This document shows positions 40,250 to 52,620 of a DNA stretch of 64,000 nucleotides, one piece after another (the stretch's first letter is position 1; every line of letters begins with the position of its first letter). The notes under the pieces were generated by a model that was not told the origin of the DNA, did no database searches, and saw nothing but the letters and a program-made list of their open reading frames with translations. Source of the DNA: Carcharhinus amblyrhynchos (taxonomy: Eukaryota); assembly GCA_965287045.1 (NCBI GenBank), contig OZ336870.1, positions 106,268,001-106,332,000 on the forward strand, given 5' to 3'. Both the position numbers and the translations under genes were made by a program.

Positions 40250-40735
40250 CAGGACTGAAGCAGCTCAAAGATTTTTTGCTTGAGACAGTATTCCTGTATC
40301 CCCTGATATCCAATCAGTAAGAGAAAGATATTTTTGAAACTTACTTTGGCATCTTCTGTAGTTGATTTCTCCCACCAGATTTCTGCAAGATTTCTCCTGA
40401 CTTGATGTTAATATTACACTGTGGTGACAATAATGTCATTGGGCCGCAACTTTTGCACTTTAAGTAAGCTCTGCTTTTAATGTCACCATGATAGTGGCCA
40501 GAAATCCAGCAGGTGGGAGATGGGATTTCAACTTTCAAGATGTTAATTCCTCAGTCACCTTGCCCAGCACGAGGGAATGAGTTTCAAATCGAAGCAAAAG
40601 TATTGGCAAGTTATTCACTTATGGAATGTTTTCGAGCCAGCTCAATCCAATCTCCATGTAAAGCCCACTCAGACACACCTTGCATCAGAGATCACTCAGA
40701 TCACAATGTGGGCAGTGGAAACCTTGAGTGATTTT
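40250..40735 (+). repeat. Diverged direct repeat, copy 1 (possible fossil coding segment)
   Basis: Aligns with 43580-44080. Shared blocks include GAAACTTACTTTGGCATCTTCT, CATTGGGCCGCAACTTTTGCAC.TTAAGTAAGC and CCACTCAGACAC. Confidence 0.85.
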
Positions 40736-43579
40736 TATCTCTGTAGCCGGGAATACTACAGCTTTCCCAGCCACTGACCTGCTCTTAGCCACAGTAATTA
40801 TAAAGCTAGTACCATTCAAATTTTGGTCAAAGATAACCTCCAGATGTTGAGGTTTCACAATGGGGACACCATTGAATGTTATGAGTTGATAATTGGATTC
40901 TTTCTTCTTGGAGATGATCATTGCCTGGCACTAGTCTAGCACAAATGTTACTTTGGACGTTCTCAATTAAATTGCACAATTGAAGAATATGAAACACCAA
41001 AAGGGGTGCAATATTTGTGGTCTTTGAAAACAAGCCTTATAGATAGAAATAATGAATTTGATTTTAACTGCCAGGCAGGGACATGGTGTAGTTAGCATTA
41101 GATTATAGCATGGTTAAAGGGTGGTTTTATGGATTTTTTCAGTCGGATAGGAGTTTGCCACAAAACAGATGCCTAGTTATTAAAACCAACTGGCTTAGAA
41201 GCTCCACCGGGAACCAACAGCAGTTTTAATTAGCACTAAGCTGACTCCAAAATGTCTTTACAGTCGAAAGAAGGAGACAGAGGTTCAGAGCAGGCGATCC
41301 CCAGGTTTTCTTTGCTGGAAGATACTTGAATAAAAAAAATTTTAACATTACCTGAGTGAGTCTTGCCTAGCACAATATCCAACTCTTAAAACCTTTGGGA
41401 CAACCACCGCTCTCCTGCTCAACGATTCAGGGGCTAATTATATCATCAGAACCTGAGAAAACGATTCAACAAGTGCACATTGGCTTGAGGGTAGGAGCTC
41501 TCCGGAAATTTAAAATAATGATCAGCCAAATCAGGGCACCAATGCATTGCAGAAGTTATCCACTTCATTAAGCTACCTGGTCTCAACCACACTTCAGAGG
41601 GAGCTAACATTGTTCTCGTGTATTTTTGAGCCCTGTACAATCCTACATTGCTTACAACATTGGGATATATCAGATGAGGACATCAGTTAACTGTGCAGTG
41701 TCCCATCCTGGGTACAGATAATCTCTTGGGACTTCACAGATTCTTAAAAGGAAAGTTTTTCTCAGATTTTTTTTTCTGAAATTGGTCACTTTTTTTGTCT
41801 CTTCTTTGAACTAGCATTACTTGTGATTAGGGGCTGTGGTACATCAGGTTGCACTGATAGGGTAGAGTTAGAACTCATGGAGCTGATAGTCTGTTCTTTT
41901 GACATATTTATAACATTTCTGTAGTGAATGTTTTAAGTTCTCTTCCAATCTGAGAAAAAGGGACTGAGCTTTACTTATTTAATTTATGCGTCTGTACCAT
42001 TGTCAACACTGACATCTGCATTTTTGTATGATCTGTTCCAGGTTTTAATTTAAGCATTCACACTTCTGACATGATCTGTAGTTTGGATTTTTTCATTGTA
42101 TTACGTGAAAAAAGGAAAACCATTGCATATGTTGAACTGTGATTCTAGTTTGCTTCTATAACATAGTGCTCTGATTTCCTAGAATATTTCACTTTCAGGT
42201 ATAATTATCTCATTAAAAATATCTTCACATCAGGCACACTGCACAGAAAATTGAAATGTTAATGGATTCATTTTGATGCAGATTATTACATGAAATAGCA
42301 CTTTACTGTTTCTTTATCTGAATAAGGACAGAGCTCAGGCTTATTTAAATAAAATCCCCATTATATAAATCTCATGTAACTTTGAGGAAAAATACTTTTC
42401 ATAAAATTACAGTTGTTTCACCATTTGGCTGCAACGATAATTTAAATAACGTATTTAAATTGCTATTGATTTTCCAGTATTAAGTTAGAATCATAGAATC
42501 CTACAGTCCAGAAGGAAGCCAGTCAGCCCATCATGACTGTGTTGGTTCTTTAAAAGAGTTACTCACTTAGCCTTACTATTCTGTCTTTTTCCCATCATCC
42601 TGCAAAATCTTCCCATTCAGATATTCAAGTGCCTTTATTGAACCTGCTTTCATCACCCTTTCAGATTGTGTATTCCAGAATGGTATAACTCATTGCAGAG
42701 ACAATTCTTTCTCCCCTTTCCCTTCCTTCTTTATCATACATTTATGTTATCTAGTTATCAAACCCAATATCAGTCTACCTTTACCTTCTCTATCAAAGGC
42801 CTTTATTATTTTGAAGACCTCTCCTCAATCTCCCTTGAATTTCCTCTACGGTGAGGAAAACTATCATAGCTTCTCCAGTTTCTCCACATAATGGAACTCC
42901 TTCATCCTTGCTATCAGTAAGTAATTCTTCTCTGCACCTTCACCAAGGCGCTGATGTCTATCCTAACTGTAAAGTCCAGAAGTGGCCACTGAGGCCTGAC
43001 CAGTGGTATGTAAAGATATTCTCTTTTGTTTTACACTCTAGTTAGTCTCTAATTATCAAAGTAGACAATATGCATTTTAACGTAATGCCATTTTTCAACT
43101 CCTGCAAGAATGGCTGATATGAGATTTTTTTTATATCCTTATGAGTGGCATACTGCATGCTTTCCTGCTTTAAATATCTAAAGTTTAGATTTTTAGTGAA
43201 TTATATTTTTGTTACATTTAACCAGCTTTCTGTCCTCTTGTACTAAGGTGCCTAACTCTGGATGGGTTGCAATTCTATAGGTATTGGTATCTTAAACACC
43301 CATTCTTTATGTGTGACACAAGTCTCTGAGGTTACAATTTGAATAGCATGTTTATGAGTCTGAACTTGAACAAGTTAGGGGTGTGCAGATCCTGTTAACC
43401 TTCACCATCTGGCTATTGGGTGGTGATGTAAATTTGGCAGCAGGATTTATAGTTGGGGACATGTGGGAATGGTTCCTCACAGTCACTGGGGAGAGGGTTT
43501 CCAGATTTCACATCTGTCAGCAATCCAAAACAGCTGGCATTATATTGTAACCTTGTGGAGGGTTAGGGGTAACATGGCT

Positions 43580-44080
43580 AGGACTGAAGAAGCCAAAGAC
43601 TTCTTCAGAGGCCTGCAGTGAGCATTCCTGTACTTCCTTATATGCAAACATGAAGAGAAGTACATTTCTGAAACTTACTTTGGCATCTTCTACACTTGAC
43701 TTCTCCCAACAGTGTTCCACAAGACTTTCCCTGCCTTAATGTTAATATTACATTGCAGTGATAATACTGGCATTGGGCCGCAACTTTTGCACCTTAAGTA
43801 AGCCCTGCTTGCTTTTAGTGGGAGTCTGAATTGCCACTGTTAATCTTACAATGGCCAGAAATGAGGTGGGTTGAAGGCACAATTTTAACTTTTGAGATTT
43901 CCACTCCTCAGCCATCAAGAGCGAATGTGTTCAAATTGAGGCTATAGTATTAGCAATTTATTCAAGTTCTGAGGGCTTTCAAGCCAAATCCAAACCTGTC
44001 TGCATGCAAAGTCCACTCAGACACGCATTCTATCAGAGATCAGTCTGATCATAATCAGGCAGTGGAAGCCTTGAGTATTT
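43580..44080 (+). repeat. Diverged direct repeat, copy 2
   Basis: Aligns with 40250-40735 at roughly 70% identity by eye. Confidence 0.85.
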
Positions 44081-44149
44081 ATTCTCTTTGTTGCCTGATA
44101 ACTGTTTGCAGCAGTTATGAGCAATTAATCAACTGAACACAGGTCATCA

Positions 44150-44497
44150 TACAATCATCCTAGAAACCATACAGTGCAGAAAGAGGCCATTCAGCCCATC
44201 GAGTCTGCACCTACCACAATCCCACCCAGGCCCTACCCCCATATCCCTACACATTTCCCCGCTAATCCCTCTAACCTACGCATCTCAGAATACTAAGGGG
44301 CAATTTTAGCATGGCCAATCAACCTAACCCGCACATCTTTGGATTGTGGGAGGAAACCGGAGCACCGGGAGGAAACCCATGCAGACACGAGGAAAACATG
44401 CAAATTCCACACAGACAGTAACCCAAGGCGGAATTCGAGCCCAGGTCCCTGGAGCTGTGAAGCAGCAGTGTTAACCACTGTGCTACCATGCCGCCCA
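44150..44497 (-). mobile_element. HE1-like V-SINE, well preserved
   Basis: Complete head, V-domain (GGAAACCGGAGCACCGGGAGGAAACCC) and CR1-type tail. Confidence 0.92.
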
Positions 44498-45317
44498 TTG
44501 TACGACTAATTATGTTGAGAGACATGTATAACACAAGAAATGTATAACAGACAGAAGAGTTCTCATTGTCCTTTTTACATTATCGGCCAAAGTCAAAACT
44601 ATTCCTCTCTTTTGACCTGGTTCAGCATTCGGTAGTGCATTATCAGGAGAGGCTCTCATTTCACTTTAGTTTAATTTCATTCTGTATTATAAGAGCGCTG
44701 TTGCAGAGTATCTGTGTTGAGCAATGAATAATTCTACGAGCAGTTTCATTTTATAATCAGTAATTGTCAAGTGAGAGGTCCTGACACAGTGCCATTAAAT
44801 TGATACTTTAGCAGAGCCAAACTCCATGATTACACTGTTCCCTTTCAGATATAATGGGATTTCTACTGTCTCACTGATTAAAGCTGAGAAGATTTCATTT
44901 ACAATATTGTCATTGCTTACATCACTTCCTGCAGCACCCTGCCAGTCTATTCTTCTGATTCTCTTCAATAACTATTTTTCACACTTCACTTGCAAACTCA
45001 CTAATTTATTCTCAATCTCTCACTTATATCTTCTATAAACACAAATTATTATCTGGTTATTCATTCTTTATTTGGCAAGACAGGATTGATCACTGCTCCC
45101 TCTAAGTGATTTTAAACCAATCTAAAAATGAAAGCTTTTATTAAGTGACCCAGAAAAGAGAAAATATTTAATCTCTACGGTATCTCTGAAGTAAATTACA
45201 TTGTGCTGGACCTTGTTGACATTTATAGGGCACTTATATTTATATCAATACGAATTGGTTTTATTAATGCAATATAGCTTGAATGTAAAGTTTATCTAAG
45301 GCAAACTTAGGAAGATG

Positions 45318-46800
45318 GGGCAGGATTTTCTACTGAATCTGGAAATCTCTGGACATCTTTAAAGGCAACAGGCAGGACCCAGATGCAGACGTCATGCCTC
45401 ATTTTCTAGCCGGTACTATTTTCACTAACAGGGGAAAAATGGACAGGGCGTGAATCACACTGACATGAAACACAAACCATTTGAAAATAGCTGAAAGCTT
45501 AAACAGACAAAATGTTTGCTGCTTCAGGTACCTTACCCTGTAGTAATGGGAGTCACAAATTTATGGTGGAAGCGTAAACAAGCATTAAGGCCTCTAATGT
45601 TCCTACATGCAGAGCTCCACATAGTAACATTTTAAATCCAAAAGGAAGACTTTAGAGACAGAAGTCGTAGCAGACCAAAAGGAGGATGGAATTGGGTTTG
45701 TGAAAGAGGAGGAACAGATTTGTGTGGTCAATTAGAATTATTCCTTGCTTCAGGCAACCATGCGGCAGATACAACAGACTCCCGGGCTTGCTGGATGAAG
45801 AGTGTGTTGTGAAGGAAGCCAAATGGGTGTGGCTTCTCTGTCACAAATGGACAATAGAGGAAGGGCAGTGGAAGCAAAGGTGGCCAGAGCCAGGAGACAC
45901 AGGCAAGAGCCACCAAAGAGAACAGCAGGAAGCAGGAGATAGCACCCTGAGCAAAAGGTCTCTGAAGATGTTTACTCAACATAACTAAGAGGCAAAAGCT
46001 CCAAACATCAAGAGAAATGATGAGAAACATCTGTGCTATGGTGGAGGAAGATCTTGCGCTACAATCAACCAATCCTCATATCCTGCCTGCTGCCATCAAT
46101 GTCACCATGATCCTCAATTTCTATGCAGTGGCTCTTTCCACAGACCTCAACAGCTTCTCTCAATCAGCCACTCACTGGTGTATCACCCCTATCACCAATA
46201 CACTCTTTTCAGGTGGGGGTCCACGCCAATTTCCCCACAGATATGACACCACAGCTAGAGGGCACCAGGTTTCACCTCCATAACCAGTTTGCCACAAGTT
46301 CAAGGAGTGAAAAACTTGTTGCTTTATGGCCATCATTGTAGCTATTGGAGACATTCATGAACAGAAAATTGATCTGTGCAAGATGTATGCAACCACACGA
46401 AGACCTTATGCATGTATTTGCATCTTTCTCTAGTAGCTGCCATAAATAATTTATTCTGTAGCAGTTACACCTGTCACAACTTTTCCAGACCCAGGTCTGT
46501 GGTTGGTTTCTGTAGGGCATAGGCCAACATCAGTACAAGAACAACCACTGACTGATGAGGGCCATCATCAAGCTTTGTTAATGATGCAGTTCAGGTGCCT
46601 TGATCATTGAAAGGAGCACTCCAGTTGTTGCCTGCAGGGTTGTCAAGGGTAGTGGTTGTTTTTTTTTCATGGTCAATAGTCATGGACTGAGCAAAAGGGT
46701 CTTCACACTGCCACAATTACTGTCTATGAATACTTTTGTTTGTTGGTTTTGGAAAGGATGACCAGTTCAGCATTCCCTCATGCTACTCTCTGGAGGTGGC
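45318..46800 (+). mobile_element. Second fossil PIF/Harbinger transposase
   Basis: ORF 46017-46283 ICAMVEEDL...LPAAINVTMILNFYA...SQSATHWCITPITNTLF, then LPQVQGV, FMNRK, GWFL and MQFRCLDH..GALQ (~46585-46625). It starts with the terminus GGGCAGGATTTT. Confidence 0.82.
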
Positions 46801-46980
46801 ACAATAGCCTCAAATTAGCCTACCCACAATGGAAGAACATTAGAGAGGGGTTAAAAACTGTTGAATGGTGAATATGCACCCAGTTCACCATGTGCATGTC
46901 CTTTGGCTGTTCTATTGTAAAAGATTTTGCAGAATGTGAGTATCACAGAAAGCTGGAACACCTAATTAATAAATTACACC

Positions 46981-47285
46981 GGGGCAGCAGTGGCATAGTG
47001 GTTAGCACTGCAGCCTCTCACCACCAGGGACCCAAGTTCAATTTCTAGCTGAGATCACTGTCCCTGCAGAGTCTGCACATTCTTCCCATGTCTGCATGGG
47101 TTTCCATCAGGTGCTCTGGTTTCTTCTCAGTCTGAAGACGTGCTGGTTAGGTGCATTGGCTGTGCTAAATTCTCCCTTTGTGTACCTGAACAGGCACCTA
47201 AGTGTGGCAATTAGAGGATTTTCGCAGCAACTTCATTGTAGTGTTAATGTAAACCAAATTGTGACAAAGAATAAACTTTAAACTT
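46981..47285 (+). mobile_element. V-SINE (alternative tail)
   Basis: Head GTGGCATAGTGGTTAGCACTGC, V-domain, tail CAACTTCATTGTAGTGTTAATG. Confidence 0.85.
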
Positions 47286-49231
47286 TAAGTCAGGAATTTG
47301 GGGGTCCGAATTAAAATTAACAATTACTGAGAGGATTTTCCAGATCTTGGAAAACCTAGCACTGAAAGAGAGCTAGGAGCTGCCAGGTAAAAAAGTTAAG
47401 TGCTTTTTACAACACTGCTTGTGGCAAGGATCAGGAGTACTTCCTCCAGGCTACTCAAGGAAGCTTTTGGTCTCCATTCCACTATAATCATAGATCTTAT
47501 CCTTTTCCTCTCCAGTTCCACCCACCCTCCATCACTGGTCATTCCATGCCATGATCGCAGCGACATCCCTTACCCTAAAAACCAAGTGTAGGGGCTTTTT
47601 TCAAAGGCTAAGTGTTGAGCTTAACTTTACCTAATACAAAGACTCCTGACTACACCATACATGAAAGATGTTTCTTTATGCACCAGCGCACCCTGGGAGA
47701 GAAGAGCTAGGCAATCCAACTCTTCTCTGAAGTTACATCACAGTGGAAATACAATTATACAACTTCCAAAAGCCATTCTACACACCCACAAGTTCATTCC
47801 AGTTGGAAGTGAACAAATCAACATTAGTACAAGTCAATTATTATTAGTAAGTGCCATATACCTTGGCCAATCACGGATATTCTTTGATGGCATGAGAACA
47901 ATAAGTTCTAGGGGTTTCCGTCTGACTTTCCCGCGGCCACCTTGCCTTATTCCTAACAGGTATAACACTCAGCCTATTCATTAACTGTCTGGAATCACTA
48001 ACTTGTCCTTGTTTAATGAATATCTCATTCACTGAGCTGCCTGGTATTCATGCTGATAGGAGTTATGCTTCTATAAGTGTATTGTTATAAGGAATGCAGT
48101 TCACTTTATTGCCCTATTTCCCCATGATGCCCTAGAACCCGGTGCCATAAGTCGAGATGTATATCTGTTCAATCATACACTTTCAAAAATGCAAGTTTAA
48201 ATTTTAAACTGTGGTTATATGTGTTTCTATGCAGACAATACCTCTGTAAATTATATATAAGATAGTCTGTAATTCTTATCCTACGTTAATCCACTCTGTT
48301 CTAATATTCTTTATTAATGTTTTAAATCCCAGAGTATTTTGAAATACTCTAATACCAAGTATTCACCTTCCTCCTCTCATAAGTTTTGTCTCCCCTTCCC
48401 CAAAAATCTCAATTTGTCTTCTCCCTCCTGATTTCCTCTGAGTCAATCCCCCTCAACCATCTTAGTCTGGCAGGTTCTCTCACAGTGAGGACATTGATTG
48501 TGGGCTGGTGGAGGTGATGTGTCGGATTGATGGGTTGAGCAGGTGCTCTCTTTTTTTCATCTCTCAGTGTTACCCATTTGTGGCTGCTGTCATCAATTGG
48601 AAGATCCTGTGACCATCTTTGATAATAGCACACGAGCGACATTATGGTCACAATGCAGCATTTGATTGATACGTTATTGCTAACCTTCATGGAGACTTGG
48701 AGAGTGTCTTTGAACTGCTTCCTCTATGTGAATAGGCTCCTGGCATAGCTCAGATCACTTACTTGAATCTTATTGTCGGATGAGATGTTGACACCATTTC
48801 AAAGCCCAAGAACAACATTGTCAATGCTGTCTAAGATGGATCTTGTGAATCGAGTGGGAGAACAAAAGAACAAACATGAGCATCCTCCAAGATGCCAAAC
48901 ATTGGGACCATAATAATTGCACATCAGCTGAGAGGCACCGAACAATCAATGTACGCAGCAGTTTTGAATGGGATTTGCAACAATGCAATTGATTCTGTTT
49001 CAATTGCTGTGAGGGTGAAGATTGTAGCTATTGCCACATTATCAAAAGCTGTAGTGTAGTCACAAATAATTAATCTAAATAATTATTACTAACTGATTTA
49101 GGGCCATATAAAGATTTCTTTTAAAGATGAAAATAATGTTTTTGAATTTCTGCTGCTTGAGCTGCAGGTATGAAGATGAGTAGTTCTATGAGATTAGATT
49201 TTGCAAAGTGCATTATTATTGTTTCCAATTC

Positions 49232-49640
49232 AACAACAACAATTTACATTTATATAGCACCGTTAATGTAATAAAACCTCCTAATGTGGCTCACAGTCAG
49301 GAGGGATTAGATTAGTTGACTGAAAGCTTGGTCAAGAAGGTAGATCTAAGGACTAAGGACTATCTCAAAGAAAGAACCTGAAGTAGTGAGGATGACAAGT
49401 GTAAGGAGGAATTTCCTAAGCTTTAGGACCCACACAGCTGAAGACAGAGCCAATGATGGAGCAGTTAAAATCAGGGATGTTCAAGAGGCCAGAATTAGAG
49501 GAGCATGGATATCATGGACATATGTGACTTTGATAAGAGCTGTTTAAAAACTGTGACAGGGCAGAATCCTGGCTGGATCCAAACGTGGAGTTCGGAGAAA
49601 AATGGGCATTAATTCAAGAGGTGCCCAAATGTCCAGAACT
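49232..49640 (-). mobile_element. L2 LINE 3' fragment
   Basis: (CAA)n TTTACATTTATATAGCAC terminus, typical of L2 3' ends in reverse orientation. Confidence 0.55.
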
Positions 49641-49669
49641 TAGTAAAGAAACAAAGTATTCTTTGAAGT

Positions 49670-50155
49670 TTAAAAGTTAAAGATTTTATTTATTAGTTAC
49701 AAGTAAGGCATACATTAACACTGCAATGAAGTTGCTGTGAAATTCCCCTAGTCACCACACTCTGGTGCCTGTTCAGGTCAATGCACCTAACCAGTATATC
49801 TTTCAGACTGTGGGAGAAAACCAAAGCACCCAGAGGAAGCCCACACAGACATGGAGAGAACATGCAAACTCCACACAGACAGTGACCCAAGCTGGGAATC
49901 GAACCCAGGTCCCTGGCGCTGTGAGATAGCAGTGCTAACCGCTGTGTCGTAAGAAAATAAGAACATAAGAAATAGGAGCATGAGTAGGCCATCTAGCCCT
50001 TCGAGCCTGCCCCGCCATTCAATAAGATCATGGCTGATCTGTCGTGGCTCAGTTCCACATTCCCGTCCTCTCCCCATAACCCTTAATCCCCTCTCTTATC
50101 AAAAACCCATCAACCCGCGTCTTAAAAATATTTAGCGAGGTCACCAGGCAGCCCA
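49670..50155 (-). mobile_element. V-SINE with a young CR1 tail (49949-50139) inserted in its head
   Basis: The SINE head is split as GCTAACCGCTGTGTC / GTCACCAGGCAGCCC. The insert closely matches the reverse complement of 5780-5965. Confidence 0.88.
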
Positions 50156-50886
50156 CAGGTTGGTGATAAAACAGCAGTTTGCAAGAACTGAGGGCAAAGC
50201 TTCTACTTTATAGTTCTCTTTTGATTTCAGAAATGCAGTCGAGTTTTAAAATAATGCTATTTAATTTGATTTCATTTTACATTTTAATTTTATTATTGCT
50301 TATTTCTTTACTAAGTGTTATAGTTCTATCTCAGTTCCTGATCTGTACAATATGAACCAACAAGCATTTTAAATTTGACAATATAGATGTATAGTGCTAT
50401 GGATAAGAGAGTGATTTGTAGTCTGTGAATGGATTACGTCACAACTCATCACATTTGGAATGACAAAAACAGATAGAGCCAATGATACCAATAATATGTA
50501 TTTAAATAATATATTAGAATTCAGCACAGTTAAGGAGATTGCTAATGTGTGCGATTTTTCAGCAAATCCGATTTTGTTTTTAACTTGGTGAATACTAATG
50601 CAGCAATTCTCATTATAACGCAGAATTAACCATCGATCAGAAGCTTTACTTGTCCTTCCATACTGAATTTCATATAAAAGTTCACGTTGTGTAATCATTG
50701 TGGGATGAAGCCAGGAGAAACTATCATTTACTAATCATAATTAAATAGTTAAGTTAATCCTAAATAGAAATATGCATAAGTAAGTGTATGGCAATTGGGA
50801 GTTTGTTCTGGGTAGCTCAGTTAACTTTTAACTGGAGGTGCAAAAAAATGATTGGGCACATCTAGCAATATTATATAGTAAACTAG

Positions 50887-51398
50887 GGGCAGGGTTATCC
50901 AATCGCATACCGCCTTCCCTCCCACCACCACCACCACCACCACACACAGACACTGCAGGGTGTTTTGCAGCAGTGGAGATGGCCCACCATTAGTCAGTGG
51001 TGGGATTTTCCAGTCCTGCCACTGTCAACAGGTGTTTATTTACTCTCTTCCACCTTTGAGAAAAAGATACAGAAGTCTGAAAACACATGCCAACTGACTC
51101 AAGAACAGCTTCTTTCCTGCTTTTAGACTTTTAAATGATCCTATCGTATATTAAGTTGATCTTTCTCTTCACCCTAGCTGTAACTGCAACATTATATTTT
51201 ACACCCTCTCCTTCCCTTTTCTCCTATGTTCTCTATACACAGTATGCTTTATCTGTATAGCATGCAAGAAACAATACTTTTCACTGTATCCCAATACATG
51301 TGGCAATAGTGTATCAATCAATCAATCAGTGCTAGGGAACCAATGGTTGGGGACCTCTGTCAGCGAAACAAAAAGGTCACGCCGGAGGGATTTTGCCC
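50887..51398. mobile_element. Harbinger-type MITE containing a Rex1/Babar LINE 3' end (~51035-51328)
   Basis: TAG duplication (50884-50886 and 51399-51401) with termini GGGCAGGG / TTTTGCCC. The insert encodes RYRSLKTHAN*LKNSFFPA and ends in (TCAA)n. Confidence 0.7.
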
Positions 51399-51871
51399 TA
51401 GTCTGCAAATCTGTTTATGTTTTAGTAATGGAGAAATCAGAGATCAAATGGCAGAGAAGCTATTTTCAGAGTATGTAACTAACTGTTCTTGTTACTCAAC
51501 CAATCAGGAATTATGGGCTGGGCTTTACGTCCTCTCTCACCCACTCATCCTCATCCCTCCACCAGGCATGTTTTCAGCAGGGAGACACGTAAAATATGAC
51601 AGGTGGCTATCCATCAATAGGAATAAAATAAACATACATTAGATTGTCAGCACAGTGAACTGATAGCATTCTGGTACATGTGCTACTGAGCAGAATATAA
51701 GAAGCTGTAAGAAATGTAATTTCCAAAGCATACAATGTCAGAAAATGTATGACAGGATATAGCTACTAACTTTCATAGGTGATGATTAAGTTGTTCACCA
51801 AATATTATAATAATTGCTAATCAAATCATTCAATATGTTTGTGCTTTCTGATCATATTTTACACTTTTTAG

Positions 51872-51915
51872 AGCCAACAGCAAACAAGAACTATAAATGG
51901 ACCTCCAGAACATTT
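51872..51915 (+). CDS. CLNK: CLNK exon (44 nt, phase 1 to 0): PTANKNYKWTSRTF
   Basis: Acceptor tattttacactttttag|, consensus donor |gtaagt, open frame. Its phase matches the phase-0 start of 56911. Confidence 0.65.
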
Positions 51916-52299
51916 GTAAGTATTATTAATTTTGCACTTTGAAACCAATGACCAAGCTGCTAAATTATCATGCAATATTTTTTGATCTAATCGTCTTTTA
52001 CTCTACCAATGATAGGAAATGTGATTAGTCCTAAATGAATACAAATATCAACCAGATAGCCTTTTGTGACTGGGTCAGATTTGAAGTTTGCACTTGCTTT
52101 AAGTGGCTTGGAGTGAATGATGACTTGTATGCTTGTTCTGCATCACCTTCCAGTCAAAGCAGAAACCAAAACATGTTATGCTTGGTTGCTTGTACAAAGT
52201 TATAGTTAATGGTAATTAAATGCTGATGAAACAATTCACAATGCCAAAACATCAATGCACAATAGGCTTTTTGTTGATATTAACCAGGTTGAAACAGTT

Positions 52300-52620
52300 C
52301 AGGAACCAGCTAGACCCTGGTTTTATTTATGTCTTTGTCTCATTATCACCACTTTATCTTGTACTACAGCATCATTACCTTTGTCCTTTAATCACCCTTG
52401 CCCTCCACCATATCACAGCCCTACCTCTTTATTCTTTCCCTGTCACACCAGCACCCCCCGCCAAAGCCTCCACCCACTGCTCTTTCTTGGGCTCCACACT
52501 TGTTTAAAAACTCTTCACCTCGATTTCCTTCCAGTTCTGTTTTTGCCATTGACCTTAAACATTTATTATGTTCTGTTCTCCACAATGGCTGCCAACCTCC
52601 TAAGTGTTTCCAGTCTTTTT
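52300..52620 (+). mobile_element. Decayed Penelope-like element 3' region
   Basis: Pyrimidine-rich tract followed by CCAGTTCTG...TGACCTTAAACA...CTCCACA, homologous to the right arm of 7345-7575. Confidence 0.45.

Noticed and set aside
40250-44080. Reading the direct repeats as LTRs, or naming their peptide as an SGNH hydrolase, nucleoside kinase or HDAC10-like domain
   Set aside because: There are no TG...CA ends, PBS or gag/pol between them. The protein resemblances rest on a few residues and conflict with each other, so no name is assigned.
48235-48245. 11-nt micro-exon candidate (cag|ACAATACCTCT|gtaaat)
   Set aside because: In the only phase that links it to 51872 it creates a TAG stop at the junction.
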